64,000 nt of DNA from Nitrospirota bacterium (GTDB taxonomy: Bacteria > Nitrospirota > Thermodesulfovibrionia > UBA6902): NCBI GenBank assembly GCA_016215115.1, contig JACRLN010000037.1, positions 30,551 through 94,550 of the forward strand, given 5' to 3'. Positions 62,766 through 64,000 of the stretch are shown here, piece by piece. Position 1 is the first letter of the stretch, and every line of letters starts with the position of its first letter. The position numbers and the translations under genes were made by a program. The notes below the pieces were generated by a model. The model was not told the DNA's origin, ran no database searches, and saw nothing but the letters and a program-made list of their open reading frames with translations.

Positions 62766-64000
62766 ATGTCCGAACTTACCCCTTTAATGAAGCAGTATCA
62801 TGATGTTAAGCGGAATTATCCGGATACGATCGTATTTTTCCGGCTCGGTGATTTCTATGAGATGTTCGGACCGGATGCGGTTGTGGCCTCGAAGGTTCTG
62901 CAGATAACGCTCACCTCAAGGGACAAAGGCAAAGAAGACCCTATCCCCATGTGCGGCGTTCCTCATTTCACCTCTGAAACATATATCGCAAGGCTTGTGA
63001 GAGCAGGATACAAAGTTGCGGTTTGCGAACAGATGGAAGACCCGAAGGAAGCAAAGGGTATTGTAAGAAGAGAGGTTGTCAAGGTAATCACCCCCGGAAC
63101 GTTTTTGCCTGATAATCCGAAGGAGAACAATTATATACTGAGTTTCTTTCAGAAGGAGAATATATACGGACTTGCCGTTGCAGATATTACAACAGGCGAG
63201 TTTCTTATCTATGAAACGTGCAACAGTCTTGAAGATGAAATAAACAGGTTTCAGCCCAAGGAGATTCTGTATCCCTTCAGTTTCAAAAATAATTCAGCAA
63301 TAATCGACAGGCTGAGCGACTATTATCTCACCAATTATGACGACTGGTATTTTGATTACATAGAGGCCTACAGAAAGCTGATAAAACATTTCAGGGTGTC
63401 CTCACTTGACGGTTACGGCTGTGAAGGCATGATAGTGGCTGTCTCTGCGGCAGGCGCACTTCTTAACTACCTTGAAGAGACCCAGAAAGATACTCTTACA
63501 TTCAGGAAAGTCAGCGTGCTGAGACGTGCATCACATATGCTGCTGGATGCAGCAACTTTAAGGAACCTGGAAATTACAGGGAACATGCGGAGCGGTGAAA
63601 CAGAGGGCAGTCTCCTGTGGGTTATTGATGAAACCCTGACTCCGATGGGCGGAAGACTTTTGAGAAACTGGCTTCTCAATCCTTTGCTGAATCCGGAAGA
63701 GATCAGCGGGAGGCAGGATGCAGTTATCGAATTGATGGGTGATACAGGCGGACTTTTAAAATTACAGACGTATTTAAAAGATATATACGATATCGAACGT
63801 TTGGCCATACGGATAAGCAGCGGGACAGCCAATGCGAGAGACCTTTTGGCATTAAAGAATTCTCTGAAGATTTTGCCGGAATTAAAAACCCTTCTTGAGG
63901 CAAATGATAATAAAACAATCAAGTCCTTGCAGAAGCAGGTTGATCCGCTGTCCGACGTAAAGTCCCTCATTGAAAAGGCAATAGCCGAAGATCCTCCGTT
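62766..64000 (+). CDS. mutS: DNA mismatch repair protein MutS, N-terminal part (continues beyond the window)
   Basis: My own translation from ATG 62766: MSELTPLMKQYHDVKRNYPDTIVFFRLGDFYEMFGPDA...PMCGVPHF, open to the window end; absent from the ORF track because no stop is reached. Confidence 0.9.
   Translation, partial: MSELTPLMKQYHDVKRNYPDTIVFFRLGDFYEMFGPDAVVASKVLQITLTSRDKGKEDPIPMCGVPHFTSETYIARLVRAGYKVAVCEQMEDPKEAKGIVRREVVKVITPGTFLPDNPKENNYILSFFQKENIYGLAVADITTGEFLIYETCNSLEDEINRFQPKEILYPFSFKNNSAIIDRLSDYYLTNYDDWYFDYIEAYRKLIKHFRVSSLDGYGCEGMIVAVSAAGALLNYLEETQKDTLTFRKVSVLRRASHMLLDAATLRNLEITGNMRSGETEGSLLWVIDETLTPMGGRLLRNWLLNPLLNPEEISGRQDAVIELMGDTGGLLKLQTYLKDIYDIERLAIRISSGTANARDLLALKNSLKILPELKTLLEANDNKTIKSLQKQVDPLSDVKSLIEKAIAEDPP

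Noticed and set aside
63467-63970. 167-aa and 64-aa minus-strand ORFs near the window end
   Set aside because: They are antisense to the unmistakable mutS reading frame (62766 onward). That frame is missing from the track only because it has no stop inside the window.

Overview
This 64-kb window comes from an AT-rich chromosome of a diderm bacterium, probably an uncultivated anaerobe. Hand counts of ordinary 60-nt samples give 32-43% GC. I saw no rRNA, tRNA, CRISPR array or transposase gene.

Layout:
(i) 238-5292: a histidine kinase with a CXXCH motif and a sigma-54-dependent response regulator lie convergent with a secreted repeat protein. The leader of that protein's gene carries a textbook -24/-12 sigma-54 promoter.
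(ii) 6062-37410 is the dominant feature: 29 co-directional, largely translationally coupled genes forming an aryl-polyene (Ape)-like type II PKS/FAS lipid cluster. It has 3 KS, 2 Cys-less KS partners, 3 ACP, KR, DH, TE, 2 adenylating enzymes, 3 acyltransferases, a GT2, a deacetylase and a LolA/MMPL/lipoprotein export set. It is expanded by five radical SAM enzymes (four B12-binding type, one SPASM type fused to a hotdog domain), two FAD oxidoreductases and a GC-rich, apparently foreign methyltransferase. This resembles the gene sets proposed for ladderane lipids. The product is unknown, and this is the best candidate for an undescribed system.
(iii) 37587-45352: a PagL-like lipid A deacylase, small membrane/stress proteins, a 1442-aa double-activase/dehydratase fusion of the PlsA-PlsR/Ger (ether-lipid) type, an OM beta-barrel, and a 30-aa bS22-like micro-ORF absent from the ORF track.
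(iv) 45872-64000: housekeeping genes (smc, rplI, dnaB, the 5' part of mutS) interleaved with a four-gene REC/PAS/GAF/GGDEF-EAL signalling array, a Memo-like protein and two PilZ proteins.

At least four families of hairpin MITE-like repeats (more than 25 copies) occur across the window. They fill nearly every long intergenic gap and are nested in each other. One pair flanks a two-gene cassette as near-identical ~100-bp inverted repeats. Several copies sit in frame inside coding sequences.
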